Notes: a model not told the origin generated them from the letters alone. 61,388 bases of DNA, filler included, from 8 parts of 8 records of this genome joined end to end with filler, not necessarily neighbours in it; one strand, 5' to 3'; positions 1-11,006 are shown, numbered from the whole stretch's first letter. Translations and numbers: made by a program.

Positions 1-117
1 GAAATCTCTTCCCTCTTTTGCAATTAAAGATGGGTTAGTTGTTACACCACAGATAACTCCCATGTCGTTCGCTTTTTTGATGTGTTCTACATTTGCTGTG
101 TCGATAAATATTTTCAT
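1..117 (-). CDS. Transaldolase / fructose-6-phosphate aldolase family protein (5' part, runs off window)
   Basis: Hand translation from ATG at 117 gives [39 protein letters not shown], with the family motifs FIDTA and GVTTNPSL. An AGGAG RBS lies upstream. Not in the ORF track. Confidence 0.9.
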   Translation of the reverse strand, partial: MKIFIDTANVEHIKKANDMGVICGVTTNPSLIAKEGRDF

Positions 118-150
118 AAAAAAATCTCCTTTATTAATTTAAATTGATAT

Positions 151-171
151 GCCGGGAGAAATTCTCCCGGC
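151..171. terminator. Perfect stem-loop between kinase and transaldolase
   Basis: GCCGGGAGAA-A-TTCTCCCGGC, a 10-bp GC-rich inverted repeat in AT-rich intergenic DNA. It lacks a clean U-tract, so it may be an mRNA-stabilising hairpin rather than a terminator. Confidence 0.5.
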
Positions 172-248
172 TAGAGTAAAATAACGTGTAAAGTGTGTTT
201 TGAGTATACAGAATGTTATATTTTAATATAACTAAATTCAATCTGAAA

Positions 249-1775
249 TTAGTTAGTCAATTCAGACATTATTTCTTTTGTGTTTAAATAAAGTTTTTTA
301 TAACTTTCAAATAAATCGTTATATTTTTTTGCATTTTCTTTGTTTGGTACAAATAATGTATCATATTCAAGCCATTCTTTAACAATACTGGCATTTTCGA
401 ATAATCCAGTAGCAATACCAGCAAGAATAGCGTCTCCAAGCGTTGCTTCAACATCGTTTTTGATTATTTTAACAGGTCTGTTTAAAACATCAGAGATAAT
501 TTGTGGCCATACCATGGATTTTGAGACACCACCAACAAGAATAACTTCTTCGTCTAATCTAATTCTCTTATCATCAACCATTTCCATGTTATGTCTTAGA
601 GAGAATGCCACTCCTTCCATTAGAGCTTTATACATATGGGCTTTTGTATGTACAAGGCTTAAACCGGTAAATGTAGCTCTAGCGTTGCTATCCCATATAG
701 GACTTCTCTCTCCCATGAAGTAAGGTAAGACAAGAAGACCATCAGAACCAGCGGAGATATTCTTAGTTTTCATTTCCAATAAAGAATAAGCGTTAATCCC
801 AGTTATCTGTTCTGCTAATTTTTCTTCTATACCTAGTACATCTCTAAACCATCTAACTGAAGCCCCTGCTGTAGCTGCACCACCAAAAGTATATATTTTT
901 TCCTTTGAATTAAGGACATGTGGCATGCTAACTAGCTCTTCGGATAAATTCGCTTCTTCAGTAACGAATCCCCAACACATTGAAGTCCCCATCATAGCAA
1001 CGTGATTTCCATCAGTTAAAGCGCCAGCACCAAAAGTAGCAACGGGAGCATCAACCCCACCACATATAACAGGAGTTCCTTCCGCTAATCCAGTTAGTTT
1101 TGAAGCCTCTACAGTTACTCCACCAACAATTTCAGTACAGTCAACTAATCTGTCAGGTAAAAATGATCTAGGAATATCTAATTTTTCAAGCATCTCCTGA
1201 GACCAAACCTTATTTTTGATATCAAAAATTCCACCAATATTACCAGCGGAACTGAGATCAACTGCAATTTCTCCCGTTAATTTGTAAACACTATAGCAAG
1301 CAGGTGGAATGAAATAATTTATTTTATCCCAAATATTTAGATTATTCTTAATCCATAACATTTTAGTAAATCCGAAATAAGAGTTAACAGAATTACCTGT
1401 AATTTCAAATAGCTTGTTTAAATTAATATTTTCTTTAACCCACTGAACTTCTTTTTCAGCTCTTCTATCCATCCATATAAGACAAGGTGCAAGAGGCTTC
1501 ATATTTTTATCTACTGGAATACCTGATCCACCATATAAGCCACTTACTGCAACTCCTTTAATAGATTTAGGGTCGACACCAGAGTCGGTAACAACAGTTT
1601 TTATTGTTTCGAATACTGCATCATTCCAAGGTTCTGGCCATTGCTGCGCCCATGATGGTTTAGGGGTTTCAACATCATAACCCTTATATGAATGTGAAAG
1701 GACTTTTCCGTTTTTATCAATAATTATAGCTTTAGTTCCTTGAGTTCCAATATCAACACCGATAACATAATTCAT
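249..1775 (-). CDS. FGGY-family carbohydrate kinase (xylulokinase/pentulose kinase-like)
   Basis: Motifs GVDIGTQGTK, WMDRRA, LPYFMGERSPIWD and EGVAFSLRH; GAGGAGG RBS. Confidence 0.92.
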   Translation of the reverse strand: MNYVIGVDIGTQGTKAIIIDKNGKVLSHSYKGYDVETPKPSWAQQWPEPWNDAVFETIKTVVTDSGVDPKSIKGVAVSGLYGGSGIPVDKNMKPLAPCLIWMDRRAEKEVQWVKENINLNKLFEITGNSVNSYFGFTKMLWIKNNLNIWDKINYFIPPACYSVYKLTGEIAVDLSSAGNIGGIFDIKNKVWSQEMLEKLDIPRSFLPDRLVDCTEIVGGVTVEASKLTGLAEGTPVICGGVDAPVATFGAGALTDGNHVAMMGTSMCWGFVTEEANLSEELVSMPHVLNSKEKIYTFGGAATAGASVRWFRDVLGIEEKLAEQITGINAYSLLEMKTKNISAGSDGLLVLPYFMGERSPIWDSNARATFTGLSLVHTKAHMYKALMEGVAFSLRHNMEMVDDKRIRLDEEVILVGGVSKSMVWPQIISDVLNRPVKIIKNDVEATLGDAILAGIATGLFENASIVKEWLEYDTLFVPNKENAKKYNDLFESYKKLYLNTKEIMSELTN

Positions 1776-1822
1776 AAATAATCCTCCTCAAATTTGCATA
1801 AATTTTATATGTAAAATGACTT

Positions 1823-2605
1823 CTATAGAGCAGTATATCCTCCGTCAACGACAATAGAACTACCTGTAATAAATGATGATGCATCAGATGCAAGGAAAAC
1901 AACAACTCCTCCAAGCTCATCAGGTTCCCCCGCCCTATTCATTGGAGTTCCACTCATCCAAGTTTTTATCAATTCTTTATTTTCTTCTGCTTCAAAGAAT
2001 TTTTTAGTAAGATCAGTTTTCATGTATCCTGGTGCAATTGTATTTACCCTGATGTTGTGTTCCGCCCACTCTACAGCAAGACTTTTTGTAAGGTGAATTA
2101 CACCAGCTTTCGAAGCATTATAGCTTGCTTGTTTTTGAGGGAAGTTTACAATAGAACCTGACATTGATGAGATGTTAATGATATTTCCTTGTTTTTGGGC
2201 AATCATAACTTTGGCAACTTCTTGTGCCATTAAAAAGACACCTGTTAAGTTTACGTCTATTACCGCACTCCAATCTTTATACTCGACCTCTTCAGCGTTG
2301 GCGTGTTTTACAATTCCTGCATTATTTACAAGAACGTCAATTTTTCCGAATTTTTCTTTAGTAGCCTTAATACATCTTTTTATATCTTCTACATTTGTTA
2401 CATTAACTTTTGATACAAGTACCTCTACACCTTTTGCTCTTAATTCTTCAGCGGTTTGGTTTGCAACCTCCTCATTCATATCTGCAATAACGATATTTGA
2501 GCCCATATCTGCCATAGCTAAAGCCATGGCTTTTCCTAACCCCATTGCTGCCCCAGTGATTATAGTGCACTTTTCTTTCAAGCTAAATTTGTTCATTACG
2601 TTCAT
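1823..2605 (-). CDS. Short-chain dehydrogenase, polyol dehydrogenase-like (arabitol/sorbose reductase type)
   Basis: Motifs TGAAMGLG, NNAG, catalytic YNASK and VDGGY. Confidence 0.9.
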   Translation of the reverse strand: MNVMNKFSLKEKCTIITGAAMGLGKAMALAMADMGSNIVIADMNEEVANQTAEELRAKGVEVLVSKVNVTNVEDIKRCIKATKEKFGKIDVLVNNAGIVKHANAEEVEYKDWSAVIDVNLTGVFLMAQEVAKVMIAQKQGNIINISSMSGSIVNFPQKQASYNASKAGVIHLTKSLAVEWAEHNIRVNTIAPGYMKTDLTKKFFEAEENKELIKTWMSGTPMNRAGEPDELGGVVVFLASDASSFITGSSIVVDGGYTAL

Positions 2606-2960
2606 TTGTTTACCTCCGTTTTATTTTCTGGTTTGTGGTATAATTATAGCGAGGAATAGACTTAATTAAAATAAACAAACTATGAATAAAATTTTATAAA
2701 TTATTGTAAAAAAATACTTTTTTCATCGAATTTAACAAAAACATAACTAAACAACGATTTACTATAAAAAAGTAACATAAAATTTGTAAAAAAAATTATT
2801 TTGGGATAGAAAAGTGATTGAATTATCTACAATTAGTAGAGTATTCAAATGTTTTATCTGTAAAAATGACTTGATTGCTAAAAAAAACTATATATATTAT
2901 AATGTGTGAAATGAGCAAAATTTATTATTAATATTTTTATGATGAAAGGAAAAAAATACG

Positions 2961-4337
2961 ATGAAGTCAAGTCAAAAATTATTACTATCTATGATACTTA
3001 TTATAATATTTATATTTACTAGCTATTGGATAAAAGAACTAAATTATTCGAAGAAAAATTTTGACTGGAAGATATCTTCTGGGACAAAAATAAAGGTGTA
3101 TTTAAATCAACACCTTTATTCTGAAGCTATAATAAAATCAATTCCTAAATTTGAAGAATTAACTGGTATTAGCGTGGAATATTATGTAAGTCCAGAAGTA
3201 ATGTTTCAGGATAAAGTATCATATTATTTGGAAAATATACCTTCAAAAATTGATGTAAGTATGATAGGGGTACATAATTTATGGAGAAATTCCCAAAAAA
3301 ATTTAATTGAAAATTTAGATAGTTATGTTGAAAATGAAAATATTACCCATCAAAACTATAAATTTGAAGATTTTCATTCAAAGGTACTTGATACACTTCG
3401 CTGGAATAGGGAGGAAAATCTTGAAATTAAAGACTCTAGTATTTGGGCTATTCCACTCGGATTTGAACTATCTGCAATAACATATAATAAGAGTATTTTT
3501 CAAGACTTAGGATTAGAACCACCTAAAAATTTGTACGAATTAGATAATGTAGTAAATAAATTGAAATATAATACAGAGATCACTCCTATGGGTATTAGAG
3601 GTATTGATAGATGGAATAGCTTATTATTTGGCTATTTAACTCTGTTTTTTAATTTTGGTTTGACTGATTTCAAAATGATAAATGATGAATTGGTGCCTAA
3701 TTTTAACTCTTCAGAATCTATTAAATTTCATAAAATTTGGATGAATATTTTACGAAAAAGTCTAGCGAAAGATTGGGAGCAAAACTCATGGTATAAATTA
3801 AGTGCTGATATAGGAGCTAGAAAAGTTGCTATGATTTTTGATTCAGATTTAATAGGATATTCTCAGAATATTTCAAAAATTTCCAAAGAAAATGGGAATT
3901 TAGCAATAGCGCCGATTCCAAAATTTGGGAGGGAAGATGCAGCTTCTGGAATATGGTCATGGGGATTATGTATTAATAGAAGTTCAAATAAAAAATTAGC
4001 ATCATGGTTGTTTATACAATATTTTACATCACAAGAATTTTTAATAGAGGCTGTTAAGAACTATAATTACTTGAGTCCGGCTAGAAATTCAGTTTTGAAC
4101 TCTGAAGAATTTTCAAATAAAGTTTCAAAAGAATTTAAAACACACTTACTTAACGAATTAGAAAATTCAAAGATATTACTAACTCCTGAGCCTTATGCGA
4201 TAGAGGTAATGAATGTTTGGATTGAAACATTACATAAAATATATAAATATGAATTTGAAACAGTAGAAGAGGGACTTGACTATTTAAATGAAAAAGTAAG
4301 GATAATAATTTCTTCAGATAGTAAGGATGTGAATTGA
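2961..4337 (+). CDS. Extracellular sugar solute-binding protein (family 1), N-terminally membrane-anchored
   Basis: N-terminal hydrophobic helix, FEELTGISVEY, WAIP..YNKSIF and AWLFIQYFTS-like segments. Confidence 0.8.
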   Translation: MKSSQKLLLSMILIIIFIFTSYWIKELNYSKKNFDWKISSGTKIKVYLNQHLYSEAIIKSIPKFEELTGISVEYYVSPEVMFQDKVSYYLENIPSKIDVSMIGVHNLWRNSQKNLIENLDSYVENENITHQNYKFEDFHSKVLDTLRWNREENLEIKDSSIWAIPLGFELSAITYNKSIFQDLGLEPPKNLYELDNVVNKLKYNTEITPMGIRGIDRWNSLLFGYLTLFFNFGLTDFKMINDELVPNFNSSESIKFHKIWMNILRKSLAKDWEQNSWYKLSADIGARKVAMIFDSDLIGYSQNISKISKENGNLAIAPIPKFGREDAASGIWSWGLCINRSSNKKLASWLFIQYFTSQEFLIEAVKNYNYLSPARNSVLNSEEFSNKVSKEFKTHLLNELENSKILLTPEPYAIEVMNVWIETLHKIYKYEFETVEEGLDYLNEKVRIIISSDSKDVN

Positions 4338-5908
4338 TGAAAAAAGTATTAATAGTAGATGATGAAATGCTGGTACGAATTGGATTGAAAACAATGATTG
4401 CTTGGGAAGAGCTTGGATTTAAAGTAGTTGGCGAAGCTTCTAACGGAAGAGAAGCTTTAAATATTATTGAGGAAAAGGAGATTGATATATTGATAACAGA
4501 TATATCAATGCCTGTTTTAGGTGGCATTGAGTTGATAAAGAATATTAGACAGGATCATATTGGCGATAATCTCAAAATAATAATTTTAACTCATTATAAA
4601 GATTTTGAATATGCGAGAGCAGCAATAAATTATGGAACTTCTGACTATATTTTAAAATCCGAACTGACTCCTGAGAATTTAATTAAGATATTAAATAGTT
4701 TTACGATACAAACACAAAAGCCTGATATAGAAAAGCAAGCAAAGAATGGTTTAGATTATACAAAACTTTTGAAGTATTTAATATCTAAAGAATTTAACTC
4801 TGAATTAGAGTATATTTCTTATCTTAAAAAATTTAATTTTCAAAATCAACATCTTGACTTCTTTGTTTTTGGAGGAAATATTTTTGTTGAAAATATTTCT
4901 GATTTGGATAATATTCAGAAAAAAGGTGAAATAATTAAACATGTCCTTGAAGATACATTTAATAGTGACAATTTTGAAAGTTATTTTTATTCCAATGGAA
5001 TAGAATTTATTGGAATAATCGTATGTAAAAAATTGTTAATTAATTTTAATGAAATATTTAAAAGTAAAATATTTCTATTTAAGGAAAATGCACATCAACT
5101 TTTAAATTTAAAACCATTAGTTAGTAATTATCGTAAAATTTCAACTCTGGAAGATTTTTATGGAGTTAACAAAAGTATATTAAGAGAAAAAATAGAGTTG
5201 TATTTTGATAAGGAGTTTGAAAGCTCTTTAAAGAGAGATGATAAATTTTCAGTAGATATGAAATATCTTTACTCTTTGCTACTAAAAGAGAATAGAGATG
5301 AGCTGCAAGCGTATTTAAAACTGATATTTTCATTTTTATATAACAAGAATGAAATATGGTTAGCTTATAAAACTTTGTACAAAATCGATATACTAGTTAA
5401 AGAAACTTTCAATGTTTTCAATAAAAATAGTAAGTTTTTAGATGGAATGGAAATAGATCATTTTATTATTAAAAATAATTTTAGTGATCATAAAGTAGGA
5501 ATAATTAAAAATATTGAACGATTGACAAAAATAGATAAAAATGAGATGTTATCGTCATATATAATAAATAAAGCAATTGATTATATCAAAAAAAACTATA
5601 CAAGTGAAATTACATTAACAAATATAGCAGATTATTTAGAAATTAGTAGTAACTATCTTAGCTCTCTTTTCAAAAAAGAGATGAAGCAAAATCTTAAAAG
5701 TTATATAAATCTTTTGAGAATAAACAAGGCTAAAGAAAGATTACTTAATTCAAATGATAGGATTTATTATATTGCTTATGAAGTTGGATACAGTAACCCT
5801 CATTATTTTAGTAAAATTTTCAAAGAAACAACAGGACTAACATGTAAGGAGTATAGAAATATGTATTCTAAAAAATATAATGAGCCAAATATTGAGGGGA
5901 AAACATGA
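4334..5908 (+). CDS. YesN-type response regulator (REC + AraC HTH)
   Basis: VLIVDDE...ITDISMP...ILK receiver domain and a C-terminal IAYEVGYSNPHYFSKIFKETTG AraC motif. The true start may be the ATG at 4337. Confidence 0.92.
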   Translation: MMKKVLIVDDEMLVRIGLKTMIAWEELGFKVVGEASNGREALNIIEEKEIDILITDISMPVLGGIELIKNIRQDHIGDNLKIIILTHYKDFEYARAAINYGTSDYILKSELTPENLIKILNSFTIQTQKPDIEKQAKNGLDYTKLLKYLISKEFNSELEYISYLKKFNFQNQHLDFFVFGGNIFVENISDLDNIQKKGEIIKHVLEDTFNSDNFESYFYSNGIEFIGIIVCKKLLINFNEIFKSKIFLFKENAHQLLNLKPLVSNYRKISTLEDFYGVNKSILREKIELYFDKEFESSLKRDDKFSVDMKYLYSLLLKENRDELQAYLKLIFSFLYNKNEIWLAYKTLYKIDILVKETFNVFNKNSKFLDGMEIDHFIIKNNFSDHKVGIIKNIERLTKIDKNEMLSSYIINKAIDYIKKNYTSEITLTNIADYLEISSNYLSSLFKKEMKQNLKSYINLLRINKAKERLLNSNDRIYYIAYEVGYSNPHYFSKIFKETTGLTCKEYRNMYSKKYNEPNIEGKT

Positions 5909-7587
5909 AAAAGAATATTATTCAGAAAAAGCTTTTTTTGTCTTTATATACTTTTTTGTTAATAGTACTTTTTTTAGTCAGCGTTTTATCTTATTTCTTT
6001 ATCTTTGAAAATTTAAAGCAAAAAGAAATAGAGTCACTCATCTCTAAAACGAGTAGTGCAAAAAAAAATATAGAAATGGTACTTAAAATGGTAGAAAGTT
6101 TGGATAATGTTATCTACAACAATAATCACTTAATGACTATTTTGAGTAATGATCAAAGATCAATTAATTTTTCAGATAATACTAAAATTAATAATTTTCT
6201 TGATAATTTGACTCATATGAATGCATTTGTAAAAGGGATCCATATAGTAGGGAAGGATAAATTTTTCTTTTCAAGTGTAGAAAAATTAGAGAGGGAAATG
6301 CTAAAAACGCTAATAAATGATGAAAAATTCGAAAATAATATTCAAAAAATTTCAGTTGATTACTATAAGCCATTTTCAAATAATGATATAATATCGTATC
6401 ATTTACCAATTTATAATTTTAAAAGTCATGATAGAATAGGAAAAATAATTGTGGATATAAGTATTGACTATTTTTCTGAATTATTTATATCTTCAGTTAT
6501 GGAAGGCAAGGAAAAGGTTTTTATAGTAGATTCAAATAACAATATATTATTTAACTACCCTGCAAATATTGATTTTAACTACATATTGGAGAAAAAAGAA
6601 TTAAGTCAATGGAGTTATATTGATAATAAAAACCTGTTATCTTCAGAGATAATTAAATATAGTGATTGGAGATACATACGGATTATTCCTATCAATGAAA
6701 CTATTTTTAAATTTAGTAAAATACTTGGATTTATGATATTTTTAATATTTATAATAATGCTTATATCGAGTTTTTTTACTTTTAAATTTTCAATAATATT
6801 TACAGATCCAATTATTGAATTAAATCGAAATTTCAAAGAGATGGAGAAAGGAAATCTTGATTTAATTATTGATTTTAAGAGAAAAGATGAAATAGGTGAA
6901 CTTGGAAATTCGTTTAATAAGATGGTAAAAGAACTAAAGCTTTTAATAAAAACTCAAGTAAGTGATCAAAAAAGGAAAGATGAATTAAAATTTCAAATAC
7001 TACAAGCGCAAATTAATCCTCATTTTATATACAATACACTTGATTCTATTAGGTGGATGGCAATAATACAAAATATTCCAAACATTAGAGACATGACATC
7101 GTCAATTATAAAACTACTTCAATATAATATATCAACAGAAGAAGATATTGTTCCAATTTCTCTTGAGATTGAAAGTATAAATAATTATTTGATGATACAA
7201 AAATTTAGGTATGGGAATAGATTTAGTGCAGTATTTGAAATGGATGAGCAATTATTATCAGGAAAAATTGTGAGATTTGCATTGCAACCACTCATAGAAA
7301 ACTCTTTTTTTCATGGCTTTGATTTGGATAGTAAAACAGGGTTGTTTAAGATTAGATTATTTGAGAAAAATAAAGATATTATTTTAGAAATAGAGGATAA
7401 TGGAAATGGATTAAAAGAGAAGAATTCAAAAAAAGATACTACAAAGATGCACACAGGGATAGGGTTAAAGAATATTGATGAGAGAATAAAGCTTTACTTT
7501 GGAATAAAATATGGGTTGAGTATATTTCAAGCAGAAGACGGTGGTGCACTTGTTAGAATTAAATTACCTTTGGAAAAATCTCAATAA
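5905..7587 (+). CDS. YesM/LytS-type sensor histidine kinase (TM-Cache-TM-HAMP-kinase)
   Basis: HAMP DEIGEL, LQAQINPHFIYNTL, LQPLIENSFFHG, EDNGNG and GIGLKN motifs. Confidence 0.93.
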   Translation: MKKNIIQKKLFLSLYTFLLIVLFLVSVLSYFFIFENLKQKEIESLISKTSSAKKNIEMVLKMVESLDNVIYNNNHLMTILSNDQRSINFSDNTKINNFLDNLTHMNAFVKGIHIVGKDKFFFSSVEKLEREMLKTLINDEKFENNIQKISVDYYKPFSNNDIISYHLPIYNFKSHDRIGKIIVDISIDYFSELFISSVMEGKEKVFIVDSNNNILFNYPANIDFNYILEKKELSQWSYIDNKNLLSSEIIKYSDWRYIRIIPINETIFKFSKILGFMIFLIFIIMLISSFFTFKFSIIFTDPIIELNRNFKEMEKGNLDLIIDFKRKDEIGELGNSFNKMVKELKLLIKTQVSDQKRKDELKFQILQAQINPHFIYNTLDSIRWMAIIQNIPNIRDMTSSIIKLLQYNISTEEDIVPISLEIESINNYLMIQKFRYGNRFSAVFEMDEQLLSGKIVRFALQPLIENSFFHGFDLDSKTGLFKIRLFEKNKDIILEIEDNGNGLKEKNSKKDTTKMHTGIGLKNIDERIKLYFGIKYGLSIFQAEDGGALVRIKLPLEKSQ

Positions 7588-7627
7588 AAAATGAGCATTT
7601 GACGGCAAGATAATATTAGAAGTTCAC

Positions 7628-7727
7628 NNNNNNNNNNNNNNNNNNNNNNNNNNNNNNNNNNNNNNNNNNNNTTAATTAATTAANNNNNNNNNNNNNNNNN
7701 NNNNNNNNNNNNNNNNNNNNNNNNNNN
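7628..7727. other. Artificial contig linker (N-run with TTAATTAATTAA)
   Basis: 100-nt N44-TTAATTAATTAA-N44 spacer; composition changes abruptly across it. Confidence 0.99.
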
Positions 7728-7748
7728 GGGCAAATTGGCCATTTATGG

Positions 7749-9116
7749 ATGGGCACTGATACAATGATAATGATAATGGTAATCAGGGCGGTGCTTATGG
7801 AGAGTGTTAAAAATCGGTCATTCAACTCCCTGGTCGAACAATGCCTGGGAATAAAGCTTCCGCGTCATCTGTCTGACCAAATCACTTTTCCCGATCTGAC
7901 ATCGGAGACACAGCAATTCATCCTGCGGATGCTGGCGCTGATGAAACGTGCCGGTTATCCGGCCACCGGGTTCACACCGCATCTGATCCGGTGGCTGTCC
8001 ACCACCGTGCCAAGTATTTTACCCGGTGCGTGGGGAGGCTGTATCCCTCCCATCACGACGCCGGACCGGCATAAAAAAATCGACGCCTATGTTTCAAGAC
8101 AAGATTTTTCCGCTGGCAATGGCCCCTTATGTTATTTGGATGTCGGATGTGGATTCCCTCCGTTGACGACGGCAGACACCGCTCGCAATCTCCCCGATTG
8201 GAGGGTCTACGGGGTTGACCGATTGTTTGCGGATTACCTTTTGGTCGATCGTGAAGGTCATTACGCCTGCTTTGATCACAACGATAGCTTTCTATATTTC
8301 CAGGCAATGATGAACATCAGCGGGAGATCGCTTTATGCGGATCCCGATGCAGCAAGGCGCCATTTCACGCAGCTCTTTGAAGTGCTTCGACCCAATCTGC
8401 CGGCATCGGAGGGAAGTGGAAGCACATCCATTGCAAAGGACGGTAAGAAACTGATTCATAACCATATAAGAGATTTCGCGACAGACAATCTTTCCTTTAT
8501 CCAATCCGATATCGGAGACCTCGATAGCCCTGTCGTCAAGGTGATCCGCTGCATGAATGTATTACTCTACTTCAATTCCGAAGAGAAAAAAAGGATGTTG
8601 ACGAAACTCGCAGATCTTCTGGAAACCGGCGGTATTCTGATCGCCGGAACCAACGGTATGGGCACACAAAACCGATATATGGTCTATGAAAAAAGTGCAG
8701 ACGGCTTGGCCCCACGCGAGTTCGCCTTCAGCCCGGACAACCTCGGGCATATTGCCGCTATGCCCTATTTCACGATCCATGAAAAGGATGAGGAGGCGAT
8801 GCTGCTAGCGGACCTGTCGCGGACAATCCGTAACGACCGATCCTTCTGGCCGGACTTCACCAAACGATTGGATCAAATTCTGGAACAGCTTGGCTTCTGC
8901 CGTCGACGGTCTAACGGATTCCTGCAAATTCTAAAGGAAGCAGCTACCACTGAAGAATATTTAAAAACCAACTTTTTGTTATGGAGACAACTAGCGTCGG
9001 AGGGTTATTCCGACAGGGCGGTGGACGTTCTTATCAATGCCGGCTACAATGCATGGAAGAATCCGGTAGGCGATATCGCAGTTGAACCGGAAAGGTACAT
9101 CACAAGGACCAAATAA
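7749..9116 (+). CDS. Hypothetical protein with class I SAM-methyltransferase-like motifs (CheR-like C-terminal motif)
   Basis: YLDVGCG motif I, VYGVD, and IRCMNVLLYF...LLETGGILIAG. The true start may be the ATG at 7797 (MESVKNR). Confidence 0.6.
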   Translation: MGTDTMIMIMVIRAVLMESVKNRSFNSLVEQCLGIKLPRHLSDQITFPDLTSETQQFILRMLALMKRAGYPATGFTPHLIRWLSTTVPSILPGAWGGCIPPITTPDRHKKIDAYVSRQDFSAGNGPLCYLDVGCGFPPLTTADTARNLPDWRVYGVDRLFADYLLVDREGHYACFDHNDSFLYFQAMMNISGRSLYADPDAARRHFTQLFEVLRPNLPASEGSGSTSIAKDGKKLIHNHIRDFATDNLSFIQSDIGDLDSPVVKVIRCMNVLLYFNSEEKKRMLTKLADLLETGGILIAGTNGMGTQNRYMVYEKSADGLAPREFAFSPDNLGHIAAMPYFTIHEKDEEAMLLADLSRTIRNDRSFWPDFTKRLDQILEQLGFCRRRSNGFLQILKEAATTEEYLKTNFLLWRQLASEGYSDRAVDVLINAGYNAWKNPVGDIAVEPERYITRTK

Positions 9117-9193
9117 ATGTTAAATTCCAACACGTTAAAAAGAGAGCCCAGAATCCGGGACGCTGGATTTTTTCTGTTAATCGAATTTTTTCT

Positions 9194-10150
9194 ATGCATG
9201 TGATCTGCAAAAAATTACTGCGCTTCGTCTTCGTCGTCCTGGCCGTAACGGCGATCACCTTCCTTATGGTCAATCTGCTCCCAGGTGACGTGGCCTACAT
9301 GATCGGCGGCGAAGGCACCAGCCTGTCGGACGTCCAGATCATTCGCGAAAATCTGGGGCTTGATCGCCACATCGTCGCGCGTTATCTTTCCTGGCTAGAA
9401 CAGCTGGTCCAGGGCGATATGGGAAAGTCCTATCTGACGCGCGAACCGGTTCTGGACGCCATCCTCGCCCGCCTGCCGGTCACCCTTGAACTACTCGTTA
9501 TTTCGCAAATACTTGCGCTGCTTCTGGCCCTTCCCGCCGGCATCATCAGCGCCTATCGCAGCGGCTCTCCAGTGGACCGGGTCATCAACACCACAGGCTT
9601 TGCCACCATAGCGATGCCCAGTTTTGTCATGGCGCTGCTGGCCATCTACCTCTTCTCAGTAAAATTGCGCTGGCTGCCGGCAACTGGATACATCCCTCTT
9701 AGCGAAAACCTATGGGGTAATCTCAAATCCTTTGTGCTGCCGTCGATCAGCATCGCCCTGATTGAATGGGTTGTGCTCATGCGAGTGCTGCGCAGCGACA
9801 TGATCACCACGCTCCGGCAGGACTATATTCTCATGGCCCGGGCCAAGGGGCTTTCCCCGTGGAGGATCCTGATGATGCATGCACTGCGGCCGTCATCTTT
9901 TACCTTAATCACCGTTCTCGGCATTCAGGTGGGAAGGCTCCTCGGTGAAGCCGTCATCATCGAAACCCTGTTCGCTTTGCCCGGCATGGGTCGTCTTCTT
10001 ATTACGGCTATTTACGCCAGGGACTACCTGATGATTCAAGGATGCGTGCTCGTGATCACCGTCGGTTATGTGGCTGTTAATTCGATTGTCGACATGCTGT
10101 ACGCGCTTCTTGATCCCCGCATCCGAAGGGAAAAAGCCCATGCCGGTTGA
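9194..10150 (+). CDS. Dipeptide/oligopeptide/nickel ABC transporter permease (DppB/OppB-like)
   Basis: LPGD, RLPVTLEL, EAA loop YILMARAKGLS and LLDPRIR. Confidence 0.93.
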   Translation: MHVICKKLLRFVFVVLAVTAITFLMVNLLPGDVAYMIGGEGTSLSDVQIIRENLGLDRHIVARYLSWLEQLVQGDMGKSYLTREPVLDAILARLPVTLELLVISQILALLLALPAGIISAYRSGSPVDRVINTTGFATIAMPSFVMALLAIYLFSVKLRWLPATGYIPLSENLWGNLKSFVLPSISIALIEWVVLMRVLRSDMITTLRQDYILMARAKGLSPWRILMMHALRPSSFTLITVLGIQVGRLLGEAVIIETLFALPGMGRLLITAIYARDYLMIQGCVLVITVGYVAVNSIVDMLYALLDPRIRREKAHAG

Positions 10151-11006
10151 CACGACCATGAGCCGTCTGGGCCCTGCCTTTTTTCTGGCGCTGCTTTGGC
10201 TGGCAGTTGTAGTGGTAGCGGCCGTGACCGCAGACTTGTGGACCGTTCCCGCCTTCGATGCGATGGACTGGGACAACTTGCATGCACTTCCCGGTACGCC
10301 CGTATCCCATGAATCGGGTAAGGGAGGCGCTGTCCATTTGCTGGGTACGGATACCATGGGGCGGGATATCGTTTCCCGGTTGATCCACGGCGCACGTATT
10401 TCTTTGGCGGTAAGCCTTTTTTCACCCTTGATCGGGTTTGTTCTGGGCGGCCTCTTAGGGTGTATGGCCGGCTACTTTCGCGGCCGAGCCGAATCCATAA
10501 TCGTGGCGGCCATGGATATTATTCTCGCATTCCCCGGGTTGGTACTGCTTCTTGTGATTACTTTTTATCTGGGAGCTAACCTCAAAAATCTGATTCTCAC
10601 GCTGGGATTGTTAGTGATCCCTGCTTTCAGCCGGGTTGCGCGTGCCAAAGCCCTGGTGTTGAGCGATCTGGAGTTCGTGCAGGCGGCCCGCCTGACCGGG
10701 GCCGGGCATTGGACGATCCTGTTTCGGGAAATCGTTCCCAACGTCACAATTCCCCTTGCCACCTACGGATTGCTGGTAGCTGCCTTCATGATCATGGCCG
10801 AGGGCGCCCTGAGTTTCCTGGGGTTGGGCGTACCGGCGCCGACGCCCAGCTGGGGTGGAATGATCGCCGAAGGGCGCGAAGTTCTTGATGAAGCCCCCCA
10901 TGTCAGCATGATTCCGGCTGCAGTTATGTTCCTGACAGTGCTGGCATTTAACATCGCCGGCGACAGTTTGCGCCATGCCTTCGAACGGGGAAACCGCCAG
11001 CTATGA
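10140..11006 (+). CDS. ABC transporter permease (DppC/OppC-like)
   Basis: HLLGTDTMGRDI, EFVQAARLTGA and LSFLGLG..PSWG. The likely ATG start at 10140 overlaps the upstream gene. Confidence 0.93.
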   Translation: MPVDTTMSRLGPAFFLALLWLAVVVVAAVTADLWTVPAFDAMDWDNLHALPGTPVSHESGKGGAVHLLGTDTMGRDIVSRLIHGARISLAVSLFSPLIGFVLGGLLGCMAGYFRGRAESIIVAAMDIILAFPGLVLLLVITFYLGANLKNLILTLGLLVIPAFSRVARAKALVLSDLEFVQAARLTGAGHWTILFREIVPNVTIPLATYGLLVAAFMIMAEGALSFLGLGVPAPTPSWGGMIAEGREVLDEAPHVSMIPAAVMFLTVLAFNIAGDSLRHAFERGNRQL

